Of a DNA stretch of 64,000 bases, positions 34,028 to 48,769 are shown one piece after another. The stretch is from NCBI RefSeq assembly GCF_009914755.1, contig NC_060944.1; one strand, written 5' to 3'. Below the pieces are notes generated by a model, which worked only from the letters and a program-made list of their open reading frames with translations, was not told the origin of the DNA and ran no database searches. Both the position numbers and the translations under genes were made by a program. The stretch comes from the human T2T-CHM13v2.0 reference genome, Homo sapiens. Numbering within the stretch: position 1 is the first letter of the stretch; each line of letters starts with the position of its first letter.

Positions 34028-34198
34028 GGACGGGCGCGGTGGCTCACATCTGTAATCTCAGCATTATGGGAGGCTGAGGTGGGAGGAATGCTTGAGCCCA
34101 GCAGGTTGAGACTGCAGTGAGCCACGACTGAGCTACTGTACTCCATCCTGGCCAAAAGAGAGAGCCCTGTGTCATAAATAAATAAATAAATAAATAAA
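34028..34198 (+). mobile_element. FAM/FRAM-type Alu monomer
   Basis: Single monomer with (TAAA)n tail; TSD tgccagagg. Confidence 0.85.
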
Positions 34199-35236
34199 TT
34201 TTTAAAAAAATGTTTGCCAGAGGAAGAACGTGGTGGTATTCAATCCATGAAGTACAGGAGGCTTGATGCCCATCATTTTGAGGGAATTCTAAAATTTTAA
34301 GTAGTGAAAAGTGGCAGGGAATACCGTGGGATAGGGAGGAGAAACAGAAAGGAGAGCAGTGAATAGTGGTTAAAACTAGTGGCAGGTTGGGGTAGACTGG
34401 AACAGAGTGGAGATTTGATCCTGAAGGCAGTAGGAAGCCACTAGAGGTTTATAAGCAGTGCGGGTAAATGGTCCCAGTTCTGTTCAGATAACAGGGGAGC
34501 AGAAAATTGAAAAGAGGTGAGGAGACTTGGGAATGGCTAAAACACTAGCTGAGAAGCCACTGCATTAGTCCCAGGGAGAAATGACGAGGGCCCAAGACTT
34601 CATCCAATGCTGAGGCAATGGGAACAGAGAGATCCCGACAGATGTCCACATGCAGAGCACGCAGCAGGTGGTGGAGACTGATGTGTGTCAGGTGAAGGGA
34701 AAGGAACTCTAAGAAGGTACTTAATCATTTGTGAAACTGAGAGAAGAGTCAGGAAGTCAATGGAGATGTGGGGACTACAGGAGGAGAAAGAGGTTTGGGA
34801 GGGAAAGGACGGGATGAGTTTGAGGCATGCTCAGCTTAAAGTGCCTAATGGTCAGTCTAGCAGAGATGTCTGCCTAGCATTAGAGAATGGATCTGGAGCT
34901 CCAGAAAACTGATATGGGATGGATCTTGTATTCTCTCACACAAGAAGACAAAGTTCAATTTTGATTCAAGAGATCACAGAACCATTGTAATTGCAAAACA
35001 ATGGAGCAATACTCCTTCTATTGATGGATAAAAGCAGGAAAGCTAATCTGGCAGCTGAAAAAGATGGCCCAGTGCCAGGTCAGACTGAGACACTTTTTGG
35101 TTTTGTTTTAGGGGTTCTTTGTGTTTTGGAGGGAATTGCAATTTTATTTCCTTGTTTGTTGTGGTCATCTAGATATTAACTGTCTCCTCCCCCTCCCAAG
35201 GATGTACTCAATTCCTAGGATCTGGTATAGACTTAC

Positions 35237-35578
35237 TAATCACTGGTATGCATCTTTTTGTCTGCCTGGAGGCGACAAGATTGTGTTTTGTCACACTGGT
35301 TACAAGGCGAAAGGGTAAAAAGAAGGCAATTAAAAATAAAGTTATAATATAAATTGTACTGCTTCTCTCTTTGAAGGACTTCATTAGACCTATTAGGAGA
35401 GCTGTTTGATATGGTTGAGCAGGGTGTGCACTGAATATTTGTAGAAATGAATATTTATTATAAAAAATTTCAGGTAGATGGCAGAAAAATACCTTAAGGA
35501 AGGGGGCATCTTTTTCTAATTTGCACAAAGATACTGTCTGGGCTACTAGAAACTCTCCCTGCTGAAGATGGTTGGCTG
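35237..35578 (-). pseudogene. Two candidate pseudo-exons: 35578-35493 (86 nt) and 35295-35237 (59 nt)
   Basis: Canonical AG/GT sites, both open and joined in phase 0: ANHLQQGEFLVAQTVSLCKLEKDAPFLK|CDKTQSCRLQADKKMHTSD; second donor GTAAGT. Confidence 0.5.
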
Positions 35579-35604
35579 CTATGAAACATAACAGCAGTAA
35601 CATA

Positions 35605-36003
35605 CAGTCATGTGTCGCTTAATGACGGGGAAACATTCTGAGAAAAGTATCGTTAGGCAACTTTATTGTGCGAACATCATAGAGTGACTTACACAAACCT
35701 AGATGGCATCATAGAGTGACTTACACAAACCTAGATGGCATAGCCTACTACACACCCAGGCTGTATGGTAGAGCCTATTGCTCCTAGGCTACAAACCTGT
35801 ACAGCCTGTTACTATACTGAAAACTGTAGGCAACTGTAACATAATGCTAAGTAGTTGTTTGTCTAAACATATCTAAACACAGCATTCATGTTTCTAAACA
35901 TATCTAAACATAGAAAAGGTAGAGTGAATGTGCGGTATTTGTAATCGTATGGGACCACCGTCATATATGCAGTCAGGAAATGTCATTATGTGGTACATGA
36001 CTG
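35605..36003. mobile_element. Tigger3a/MER7-type DNA transposon with an internal 32-bp tandem duplication
   Basis: TIRs cagtcatg...catgactg flanked by TA; catcatagagtgacttacacaaacctagatgg twice, at 35675 and 35707. Confidence 0.9.
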
Positions 36004-36993
36004 TATATTCATTTCACCCAGGAATTAGAAGGCTGAAAGGAAACACAATCCATTTTCCAGTTGCTGGAACCACACTAAGAATATCAGCCTGGAATTCAGT
36101 CTTTAGCCAGTTTGAATTGTGAACAAATACAATTCAAGATATAATAATCAGGCTTAAAATCTTGTTGTAGTCAAGTGCAATGCTCTTCTACCAAAAGAGA
36201 ATGTGTAGCATCTCCAGTTTCTGCTTATATCTTGTGGAACTGGAAAAGAAAGCCAGAAGATATCCTGACTTACTCAGTTTTTTGCTAGGATTCATACATC
36301 AATTCCTTAAGTGGAAGATGTTCTCTTACATGAATGTGTAGCATCAAGAACATCACAAGTAAGATTTTAATGTGGTTATAATTCATTCCAAAGAGAGAAA
36401 TACTACTCAAATCCATTACATCTGAACTTGTTTGTTTGCTTTTTAATGTATTTATTGTCTGCTGTAAGCTCCTGAGAAGACAGAGGCTCTATCTCATTTA
36501 TTGCCAAATCCTTGTTCCTAGAACAGTAGAATAGCAGATGCTCAACAAACCTTTCTCTTGTTCTGGCTAAGCAAATTTATTTAGCCTTTTAACCCAAGAT
36601 TTAAAAGGATTTAGTCAGAATGAAAAGAAATCAGGAACGGGACCAATTTAAGGTTATACTGATAATCACATCGGTAAGTATGGTGAAAATTTACTGAGCA
36701 ATTACTGTGTGCGAGGCCACTGTTCTGATGGCTTAAATATGTGGACCCATTGAATCCCCACATGACCCACAGAACCTCATGCAGGTTAAGAAATTTCCGC
36801 CAGTTCAGCCAGAGGGTGAGTGGCAGAGCTTGCATTGAAACTTGGGCAGCCTCACTCTACAGCCTGTGCTGTTGCCCATAACAGGCGCTTTAGCTGCTGC
36901 GTTTGCCTGAATGCTAATAGCCTTCCACTCCCTTTATTACCTTGAGACTGAGCAGTGTGGACAAATGCAGGTAGCTTTCTTGTCCTTCTTTCA

Positions 36994-37329
<336 letters not shown>

Positions 37330-38011
37330 TTAACTTGTTCAACAGTCATTTTCCCAATTACTCCATTTTGCTAGTGGCAAAACTCCTGATAAGCAGATGT
37401 TCTGTCCCTGGGCAGTTTCCTTTGGAAACTACTTGGTGTATGGAAGCTTCACACCCTTAGTTAGCTCAAATATGGCTCCATGCATGCATTTCGAGGCCTG
37501 AGGATCCATTTCAGCCCACCATTTTGAAAATGCTCATACAATATTAGCTTCAATGGGGACAAGGGCTTTGTTTGGTTGACGCTATAAACAAACAGTAGTT
37601 GGCACCAAGTAGACCCTCGGAAAATATGGAATGAATGAATGAAGCCATGCCCTGAGAGCCCTGAGACAATACGTGACACGTCCATACCCCACCCCCTCCA
37701 GTCAACAAGAACGAGAATGGCTATATTACTTATCTGCATTTTATTTTAGAGCAGTAACTGACTATGGAATTACAATAGTGTCTTTTTTCCATCTTCTTCA
37801 ATTATATCCATAGTTAAAATATAATTAAAATTTCAACCTCACAAGATTTGGAAAGATGCAAAGTCAGTGGCTTCCTCTGAGGCCTTAGCTACCCCTTGTC
37901 CAGGGAAAATGCTGGCCTCTGGACAACTGAATCCTGACGAGAACACTTGCGCCGGTCCTCTACCTGAATTGCCAAAAGGGCCCGCAGGGAAAGGAAGGAA
38001 TCACCATGTTT

Positions 38012-38030
38012 AGGGCGCCCTCTTCTGTTC
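38012..38030 (-). promoter_or_regulatory. CTCF-like motif
   Basis: - strand gaACAGAAGAGGGCGCCct resembles the CCASYAGRKGGCRS core; motif match only. Confidence 0.4.
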
Positions 38031-38435
38031 AAAGGGCTGAAGCCCGTGGAGCCAGGGCAAGGCTTTCAGCGGATGAGCATCTTGGAGCAAACGTCAGAGA
38101 ACCACATACTTTCATTCCTGGAAAGGGCTTTAGAGATGACTAGTTCAAACTACACATTACACATGGGAAACTGAGGCCCAAAGGGGTCAAATGCCTCATC
38201 CACGGTCACACAATTGGTTAAATCTCGAAAGAGGAAGAAACCGGACTCCCTGGCCCAGACCCCTCAGTAACAAGAGGAAAATGAACTCGTAACTCCAGTC
38301 TCTTATGCCTTTGTAAAAATCAAGAAAAATTAATCACAAATCTATAGTGCCAATTTCTTACGATTTATACCTTCAACTTCCTGTAATGTCACTATTCACA
38401 TTTTCAATACGTTAACAAAGGTTCCCCAAGCATAG

Positions 38436-38787
<352 letters not shown>

Positions 38788-39402
38788 GACTTGCCTCTAT
38801 TTAGTCCAGCCATTCCTTTCATTATTTTTCTCCACAGGCCTCATATTTGAAGGTTTTTAGTCTACCAAGCAAGCCACACTTTTAGAGTAAAAATGCATTT
38901 TCTCACTTAAAAAAGTACAGAAACAATGACCATGTATGAGACGTTACGCTACTGATATTATCAAATGAAATTTAAAATGTGAAATGCTTGAAACAGTGAT
39001 TGATACATTATAAATATGCCAGAGATGTTCGCTATTATAATTCTACAATAACAATCAACAGTAGAAAGAAAAAAAGTACTTTTGTTAGTCTGTGCAGCCC
39101 TATGCAAGATTAATGTATCATTTCAATTTGATATTTTGAAATACTAAAAATAATAGTGGAGTTCAAAGGTAATTCTGGGGATACCTGGAAGCCAAAGATC
39201 CCTAGGTTGGGGCCAACTGCTGTAACCCATTAATCTCCCAGCCTGGGGTGGGGGGCTTACTCTGCCCTTACATGGGATTGTGATGCTCTCTCATCTAGTG
39301 CGTTGATGTGGGTGCCTTTGTATGAAGGGTGTGTCCTTGGCAGTCCTTCAAGCCTTCTTGCTACTCCACTAAAACAAACATATCCTATAAACAAATTCTT
39401 AC

Positions 39403-40389
<987 letters not shown>

Positions 40390-41385
40390 CTGCAGAGTGG
40401 AAAGCTAATACCTTGGTGGTACTCTTCTCCACCAACATGGCTGGATGGTAATTACCTGCGACACATCCTTCCCTTTAGACTCTGTGCTGCTGGAGGGCAG
40501 GGAGCATGAGGCATTCATTTCATGAGCCATGTGTTTGTGGTGGGCACTTAATTAAGATGTGGTAAGAGCAGAGTTTCTGAGTCAGAAGGGTTCAGATTTG
40601 AGTTCTGCAACTTACTGGCTGCATGACCTTAGGCAACGTACTCACTAACACAGAGCTTCCATGTCCTGTCCGTAAAAAGGAAGTCATCTCCATTTGGCTG
40701 TCTGGAGGGCTCAGTGAGGTGATGTGACTAAAGCACAGTATCTGGCTCCTGAAAAGAACTTCAAAAATAGTAGCCTGTGCCTGAGACTGAGGCAGACCTG
40801 GATCTTTGGGCCCTAACAGAACTACTGGAGGACAAATTCCCAAAGGAATCACTAAATGATGGCTATTTCATTTCATCAAGACTGAGGTATCATGTCAACC
40901 CATTTCTAGGACAAAACTTCAGCTGCTGTCTTGGTCTGCTTTATCCACACCTGACCTGTCACTTACAATGTACATTCTGAGGACCAACATCTCCAAACAT
41001 TGTCCTGGGGCAGGAGCATCCTCCTTACTAGAAAGCTCAGGGCCTCTGAATCAGAATCTGCATCACAACAAGATCCCCAGAATACTGAAGTTTGAGAAGC
41101 TCTGGTCTACATTAGATGGTTTTCTAATGGCTCCCTGTTGCCACTGATAATAAAGCTCTCTTGTCTTTACCAGAGCTACAAGTCATCCCTGACTCTCTTC
41201 GTCTTCCTTATTGCCCTTAATTTCTTCATTCTTTAGGATCTGCCCTCAGTGCTACTGGTTTTATTGTCATTAAAAAATATTAACGCAATGCTCAGACTTC
41301 CTCAATTATGAATATGGTAAAAAAAATTAACTTATGGACAATCTATTCTAAAAATACTAAATATATGGACACGTGGATGCAGCAC

Positions 41386-41712
41386 TGTAGTCCTCCTTAT
41401 TCACAGTTCCACTTTCTGAGGTTTCAGTTACCCAGGGGCAACCACGGTCTGAAAATAGGCGAGTACAGTACGATAAGATATTTCGGGAGACCACATCCAC
41501 GCAACTTTTGTTACAGTATATTGTTATAGTTGTTCTACTTTATTATTAGTTATGAATCTCTTACTGTGCCTAATTTATAAATTAAACCATATCTTCAGTT
41601 TTTTTGTATAGCAAAAAACATATGTACAGTATGTGGGATTTGGTACTATCCAAGGTTTCAGGCAACCAGTCTTGAATGTAACCCCCCATGGATGGCAGGG
41701 GAGGGGAACTAC
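41386..41712. mobile_element. MER2 (Tigger-family) MITE
   Basis: gtagtcctccttattc...gtttcagttaccc...ggtctgaaaatagg...gtgcctaatttataaattaaac. Confidence 0.8.
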
Positions 41713-42015
41713 CATATTTAAATTTTTAAAAATTGATAAGGTTTCTTTTCTCAGCTGGTAGGTTTTGTGTTGTTATGATTTTATAAGCTCAGCCACATGC
41801 AAAATCGAGTCAAGACACCTTGGCCAGGCAGGTGAGGAAGCTTATGTAGCCCCAACCTTGCCTTCTGCCACTCTGCACCCCATATTCCCTTCTCCAAGCT
41901 CTCACAGCTCTCTGCACCTCTGAATAGCTCTGGTGACACTAGGATCAGTGATTTGCCTGTCCTTCTCTCACTGCTACCTGAATACTGTATTTTCTTTCAT
42001 AAAATAGCATCCTAC

Positions 42016-42156
42016 CTGAATGCCTAGTGCTGACTGGAAAATATGGAGGGAGTGTTGGCATTGGAAATTACAGCTTTGTAACTATTAGGGTAAAAACTAG
42101 TCTAGGCAAGAATCATTAATGGATGCACGGTCTTAAATTGTCTCCTCAGAGATGGT
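42016..42156 (-). pseudogene. Candidate pseudo-exon (141 nt, symmetric)
   Basis: ttttttcgtttctaag| ... CAG|GTAGGA; best frame has 2 stops. Confidence 0.35.
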
Positions 42157-42684
42157 CTTAGAAACGAAAAAAATAGTAACTGTACAAGGCAGAAATCAGG
42201 CACTACCAAATGTGATATCCCTCACACAACCCCCAAATAAAACATTCAGCTACCAAAAAGGAGGACCCTGTTCTTAAAAGACAGAAAAACAAACCCTAAG
42301 AAAAATATTCCAGGTTAAAGGATACTAGAATCATGACAACTAAACCTAATCCTAGGCTGGATCCCATACTAGAACGCAAAAAAAAAAAAAAGTTATAAAA
42401 CACATTATCAAGTCAATTGTCAAATTAGAATACCGATGATAGGTTATTAAAAGTACTGCATCAGTGTTACATGTACTGCACCTGCAACTTTGTTACGTTT
42501 GAAATTATTTTCAAATAAAAGGTTTAAAATTTACAAAAAAGTATTTCTTTCTAAATTAAAAAAATAACCATTTCAATATATAAAAATAAAAATATATTTA
42601 AATATAAAAATAACCTACCCAAAGGCATGTTTCTTTAAACAGGTAAATCACGCTATCAGTAAAAAAAAAAAAGTGCAATAGAGC

Positions 42685-43129
<445 letters not shown>

Positions 43130-43237
43130 TCACAAGTATTATCACAGTTTCACTGCTTTCCAATGTATTCATTTATGCCTTTGTGTTTCTTTTTGCTATA
43201 TTTTTTCAAGCTTGGGTTGAAGACTTTGTTTCCTTAC

Positions 43238-45027
43238 CTCTTAAATTTTTTATTTCAATGATAAAGTCATTAAATACAATGGATTTGCTATGATCAGAAT
43301 TTTGGTTTTCATACATAGTATTCTTGTTTTGTTTCTAATGTAAAACAAAAACTACCAAGGCTTAAGAAAAGAAGTGAAAAGGTTGAGTTACTACACACAC
43401 CACTGAAAAAGTTTCACAAGTTGTTCACTGAGGGGGAAATTTCAGTGTTTTTAAATGTTAGGAGGTAGAGTTTCATTGTGGCTGTGTTCATTATGGATTA
43501 AAAACTAGCACTCTGGATAGGTCAGAATGAATCCATAGTACTGTTACATAATTGGTTTAAAAGGTTCTATTTTTCAGAGGTCAGGAAAAATTATTGAGTT
43601 ACAGCCAAGTAGTTTTGCCCTACTAGGGTCACTCAAAGTTTAGAGTTCTTAACAGATATAGCTGAGGGGAGATGGCATTGCTTTATTATTTTCTAAGCAG
43701 GTGCTGCTGTAAATGGAATCTTTTCCTTTTACTGTCTCTTCTTTTGCTCTTTTCTTTGCCTAAAATGATTGGATGACCACACAAATATTAGCCAAGTTAT
43801 CAGGTTTCCAGTTCTACATCTCCATGTTGTTTTTTGTATCATTCTCACATGATTTGTTTCTATCAGAGTCACTTCAATTTCTTTTTGATACAGAATCATC
43901 TGTGGTTAGAACTGATGAGTTGGTAGCTCTGCCAAAGTATTAATACCCTGTTAACAACATACTTGACAGCAGCAACAATTAGGAACAAAGACAAAAATAG
44001 TATAACTAAAATTTGCAGCGACTCCTTAAACCAACTTCCTACTTGGCCAAACCAAGCAATAAAGAAAATCCAACAGCTGAATGTATCCTTTCTGGGACAA
44101 CAAATCGGCCTGTTTTCTGAACTTTATTATTCAGAAGCAGGTATTCAAATACAATCAGAAGTGACAGCCAGCACACAAATGCCACCTTGTTTGGTCCATA
44201 AATATCCCAAGGCAATGCCTTTGTATAACATCTTTGCAGCAAATGATGTAAAGCTCTTCTGCTGAGTTTGTATAGTAGACGCAGATTACACATGCAGTAA
44301 TTGCCATTGTAAGGGACAGGCTTCAAGTGTATCTTACTAAATTCAGGCACTCAGAACCAAGAGAGAAACTCGCACACAAAACAATAAAAATCAGTATCTC
44401 CAACTACTCCTGAGAAGTCTGCACTTCAACAGGCACATTGATGAGAAAGAATTAAGTCATCTGAGATCTCACTAGGGAGTGTAGATACACTAAATCAAAT
44501 ATTGACATAAAACCATTTCTCAGGGGCAGACTCCTTCTTCTTTCCAACACTGACATTGTGTGGTAATCATACCTTGGCATGAATACCTCAAGCCAGGAAG
44601 GATATAACCAGAGTAAATTTGGTACATTCTTTAAGTGTATTTCTCAGATGGCAGGGGGCTGATGTAACAAAATATGCCTGCAGTTACAATTTAAAAGTGT
44701 ACTTAATTCAACCAGCACAAGGACACCGACTAATTGAATATAAAGAGTATAATTAGTTATGTCCCATAATCATCAGAACAATGTCTTTACAGAAAAGGTA
44801 AAAGACCTTGTAGTTGAAATACTCATGTTGTATTTCCAAGAATAGTATTACCAATCACATATCTTAAAATTTTTTAACCCTTTAAACTAATTTTATTTTA
44901 CTTCAAAACTGGTTACTGAATATCATTAACCTTTGAGGTATATTTCTGTGAGTTAAGCAGAAACATAAATTGACTTTTTAAATGGATGAACCTTATTAAA
45001 CTTGCAGCTGATTTTTTTGTCAATATT
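43238..45027 (-). pseudogene. Cluster of candidate pseudo-exons: 45027-44931, 44862-44807, a large exon 44677-~43550, and 43334-43238
   Basis: The first three join in phase (2-0, 0-2, 2). Translation: ILTKKSAASLIRFIHLKSQFMFLLNSQKYTSK|ICDW*YYSWKYNMSISTTR|HILLHQPPAI*EIHLKNVPNLLWLYPSWLEVFMPRYDY..., then hydrophobic segments and a polar tail. The last exon is open with AG|GTAAGG. Confidence 0.45.
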
Positions 45028-45231
45028 CTAATAAAAGGAACCTCGCCAGCATTTCAGAGAAAGGGCTACAAACCCAACAACCAGTTAAAGTTCCTTATGT
45101 AACTATGGTCTTATTGATTATAACAAATTAGCTGCCTATGTGAGGATTTGTCCTAGATCTAGGATAGCCAGAGAAATAAATATAAATTTTGTGACTTACA
45201 GTAGTTATCAAATTAACGTGTTCTGCTGACC

Positions 45232-46781
45232 ATGATGGAATAACTGGTATCAGATGATCATTCCCATTATAAATAACCATAACACTGGGGAAAGTATAAA
45301 GCAACTATTTTCAGGCCCTGGACTATAGGTTGCACAAAATTGTGATCCCTGAGAGATGGGAAATTCAGAAAATGAGTTCTACGTTTGCCCTGGCTAACTG
45401 CTTGGGGACAATTTCCTGACCATGATATGGGATGGTGGGGGAAAGACACACTAGTCTCACTGAGATGAGGAGGCAAAAAAGACTTTAGGGATGGTGAAGC
45501 AGATGACACTGGTAGGATAGGTCTCAGAAAGGAGGCAGCTGTGCAAAGAGGGGAAAGCCCACCTCAGCTGAAGTTGAGCTTTGCTTGTGCAGGGCAAATA
45601 TGCAATGATTACCAGAAAACAGCTGCTTGAGAGAAGAATGGAAATACTAGAAGTTTAGCAGGGCTGGCGAGTGTAGGCATTCCAGCCCAATCAGAATAAA
45701 CAAACCTCATTAACACCTCAATCATTCAGCTGAGAAACCAGAGAGGCCATGCCATAAAATAAGGACCACATCTTATAGTAAGGTCTTCTCAAGATATGCT
45801 CTAACTGGAACTAAATTAAGGACGTAAAAATATCTGCATGGGTTAAAGAACTTGGAGTTTGAGTCCTGCAAGTTAGAGGAGCCTGGTAAACACTTTGACC
45901 TTTCAAAGATCTATCCTAACAAAGAATAAAATGAAGCCTGCACAAGTTCAAAACATTCATCCAGTAATTAAACTGCCTACAGGTACAAAAAGCACTTTCA
46001 GAATAATGTAAGATAATTTAGAATCATGCCACAAAAAATGTCCTGCATAAAAAAACTTTAAAATTACTAGACATGCAAAAAAACAGGAAGTGTGACCCAC
46101 TGTTAAGAAAAAAAGGCAGTCACAGAAATAGATCCTGAGATGGTCCAGAGGTTTCAGCACACAGACTTTACAGAAACTAGCATAAACATATTAAAGAAAA
46201 ATACACACATCACAAAGAAACAAATGGGGGTGGAAATCTCAGTGGAAATTATTTGAAAAAGAAACAAGTGGGAATTCTAGAACTAAAAATGTAACAAATA
46301 AAAATTTAAAATTTGCTAGATGGGCTTAAAAGATTGAAGATGGCAAAAGGAAGTTTCAGTGAACCTGAAGACAGGTCAATAGAAACCAATCTGGCAAACA
46401 GAAAAACATACTGAGGAAAATTGGATAGAGCTTCGGGAACAATATCAAATGGTCTAACATACGTGTAAGTGGAGACTCAAAAGGAGAAGAAATTGAGAAA
46501 GAATTATCCAAAATGAGAAGAAACTGAGAATTATTTAAAGATAATGATGGCTAAAGTTCCTAAATTTAATGAAAAACAATAGCTGACAGGTTAGAGAATC
46601 TCAATAAACCTCAAACTGGATTAATACCAAACAACAACAAATGATTTAGACACATGAATGTCAAACTGCTGAAAACCAAAGACAAAGCAAATTCTCAAGA
46701 GCGGTGTGTGTGCGTGCACACACACACACCCCTATCTACCCAGTCTCAACTATACCAAAACAAACAAACAAACAAAAAAAC
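45232..46781 (+). mobile_element. Old L1M with 5'UTR/ORF1 and A-rich tail (internally deleted)
   Basis: ORF1-like sequence (agtgaacctgaagacaggtcaatagaaa, aaactgctgaaaaccaaagacaaag); tail at 46757-46780; possible TSD ctgacc at 45226-45231 and 46782-46787. Confidence 0.75.
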
Positions 46782-46944
46782 CTGACCTTCCCTGGGGAAA
46801 TATGAATAACCTGTCTTTATTTTCAAGTTCAAAAGGCAAAAGTCAGCTATATCTGGCAGCTGCTCCATGCACTGCCTTACCTGCATGAGGGATTTAAGCT
46901 GCTCAGTGGGTCAGATTTTAAGCTGGAAGAGAAGCCATTATCAC

Positions 46945-47062
46945 CCAGTGAGACCAGATTGCTATAGTTTTCCAGCACCATCTCCCAGTATAGGTCCTTC
47001 TGAGCAGGACTCCACAGGCTTCATACCTCTTAGATGAAATCCACAGCCACAACCTTGAATAT
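46945..47062 (-). pseudogene. KRAB-A box pseudo-exon
   Basis: Translates without frameshift as FKVVAVDFI*EV*SLWSPAQKDLYWEMVLENYSNLVSL-G|gtgata, the KRAB-A consensus with its usual phase-1 donor; acceptor degraded. Confidence 0.92.
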
Positions 47063-48649
47063 TATGAAAAACCATTATGCCAAACACAGCTCCGCTCACT
47101 CTGTTGACATGTGTGCCCATGTTGAAAACAAGGGAGCAAGAGGGCTGCCTTGGGGAAGATAGGTAAAATATCTAGGTCCTGCTTTTGACTGTAACTCTGG
47201 AGCTTGGATTCCAAGACCATTAACCCTATTCACTATCCAACCAGCATCACTTGCTGTGATCCTAGTCTGGCTATTATGGGCTTTACAAATGAAAACACAA
47301 TTCCTAACCTTGAGGTGTTTTACATTTAATAGATAACATATTAAAAGAAAATATAAGTATAGAATCATGGTCTTTCTGAGATTTAGGAATTTGGAGATTC
47401 TTTAATCTAGCTGCTTATATTCAATTTAAAGATCTGAGCCCCTGATTGGTTTAAAGCCTTGTTACCCAGTCTGGTCTGAAGACAAGCAGTACCAGCATCA
47501 TCTGGAAGCTTATTAGAAATGCTGATGCTTGGGCTCCATCAGGCATTCTGATTCAGAATTTGCTGCTTACAAGATCCCAAGTGACATGTATGCATGTTTT
47601 TGAGAGCGCTGGGTTAAATGATCTACCGAGGTATATGGTTCAGAAATAGCAACAACCAATAACTAAACTTCTGATTTTCCAAAACAAGATCTCTCTTCTA
47701 CATTATTACACAATATCTTCCCTTCTCAAGAGGAAAACAGCTCTGTTATGAATAATGGATGCCCAGGCTCCACTGCAAACTCATTTCTTGGGGTGGTGTT
47801 CAGGCATTGTATTTTTAAAAGCTCCCAAGTACAGCCAGGGTTAGAAGAGTCTCAAGTAGTCACTATAGTATAGTGATCAGGGAAGGTTTCACGAAAGAGA
47901 GCTAGGTATTTGGTCTTGAAAGACCAGATGGATTCAGAGGAGCTAAGGGTATTCCAGATGAGGTATGGCATGGAGTGGGTGGGAAATGCCAGGAGAAAAA
48001 GAGGACATGGCAGCAAAGAGTGTTTTAGAAAGCAGGCAATCCAGATTTCTAGATGGAAACTCCTAATTATTAAATGCTGAGGTCTGTCAAAGATGAAACT
48101 GGAGGCTGGACACACCAAATATCTGTATGACAGAGCTGTACATCTAGCATCCCTGTCTATATGCAAATCAGCTGGCTGCAAGACCACGTGCTGCTGAAAA
48201 TCTCACTGTGGTCATGACAGTCCACCCAGTGGCTCAGACCCTGAGATTCTGTTCACACTTCCTACACTCTTCCTTACTCGTCTGTGTTCTTCCAACTCCT
48301 CATCTTGCCTAATTCCTCAGGCAGCACCTCATCCTGTAAGTCTTCATTTCCAGGCTTAAGAGATGTCAGCCATCTGTGTCTTTATTGTACAGCCAGCACA
48401 AGTGAACACTTGAACACGGGCATCCCTGCATTGTTGTTCTGAACCTTTATGTGTATTAACAACTAATTTCTTGGTGATGACTGACTCATGAGGCAGAGAA
48501 TGATGTTGAGGGATGAATCCAATTGACACTGGACATGTCTCCGGAGCCAGGACTGAACTGAATTCACAATAAATAATGTAGCCTCGGGGTACCAGAAGGG
48601 AATGGATTCACCCTCTGAGAGCTACAAAAGAATTTTAGGAAATTCTCAT

Positions 48650-48720
48650 CTCCCTGGCCCTTCAGACAGTGGTCATTTTCTTGGTCTTCCAAGAGAATGA
48701 GAAAGTTTCAGAAAGCCTAT
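48650..48720 (-). pseudogene. Decayed KRAB-ZNF initiation exon
   Basis: ccttcctcag|...aagaaaATG ACC ACT GTC TGA AGG GCC AGG GAG|atgaga (MTTV*RARE, phase 0, donor GT>AT); similar to the + strand exon 59069-59146. Confidence 0.65.
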
Positions 48721-48769
48721 CTGAGGAAGGTGAAGGGCAGTGAGAGGGTGCACGGGTGGAAAAGCCCTC

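Noticed and set aside
47100-47148. Apparent - strand mini-exon with Kozak ATG (MGTHVNR|GTGAGC)
   Set aside because: Leaves only ~40 nt before the KRAB-A box, too short for an intron
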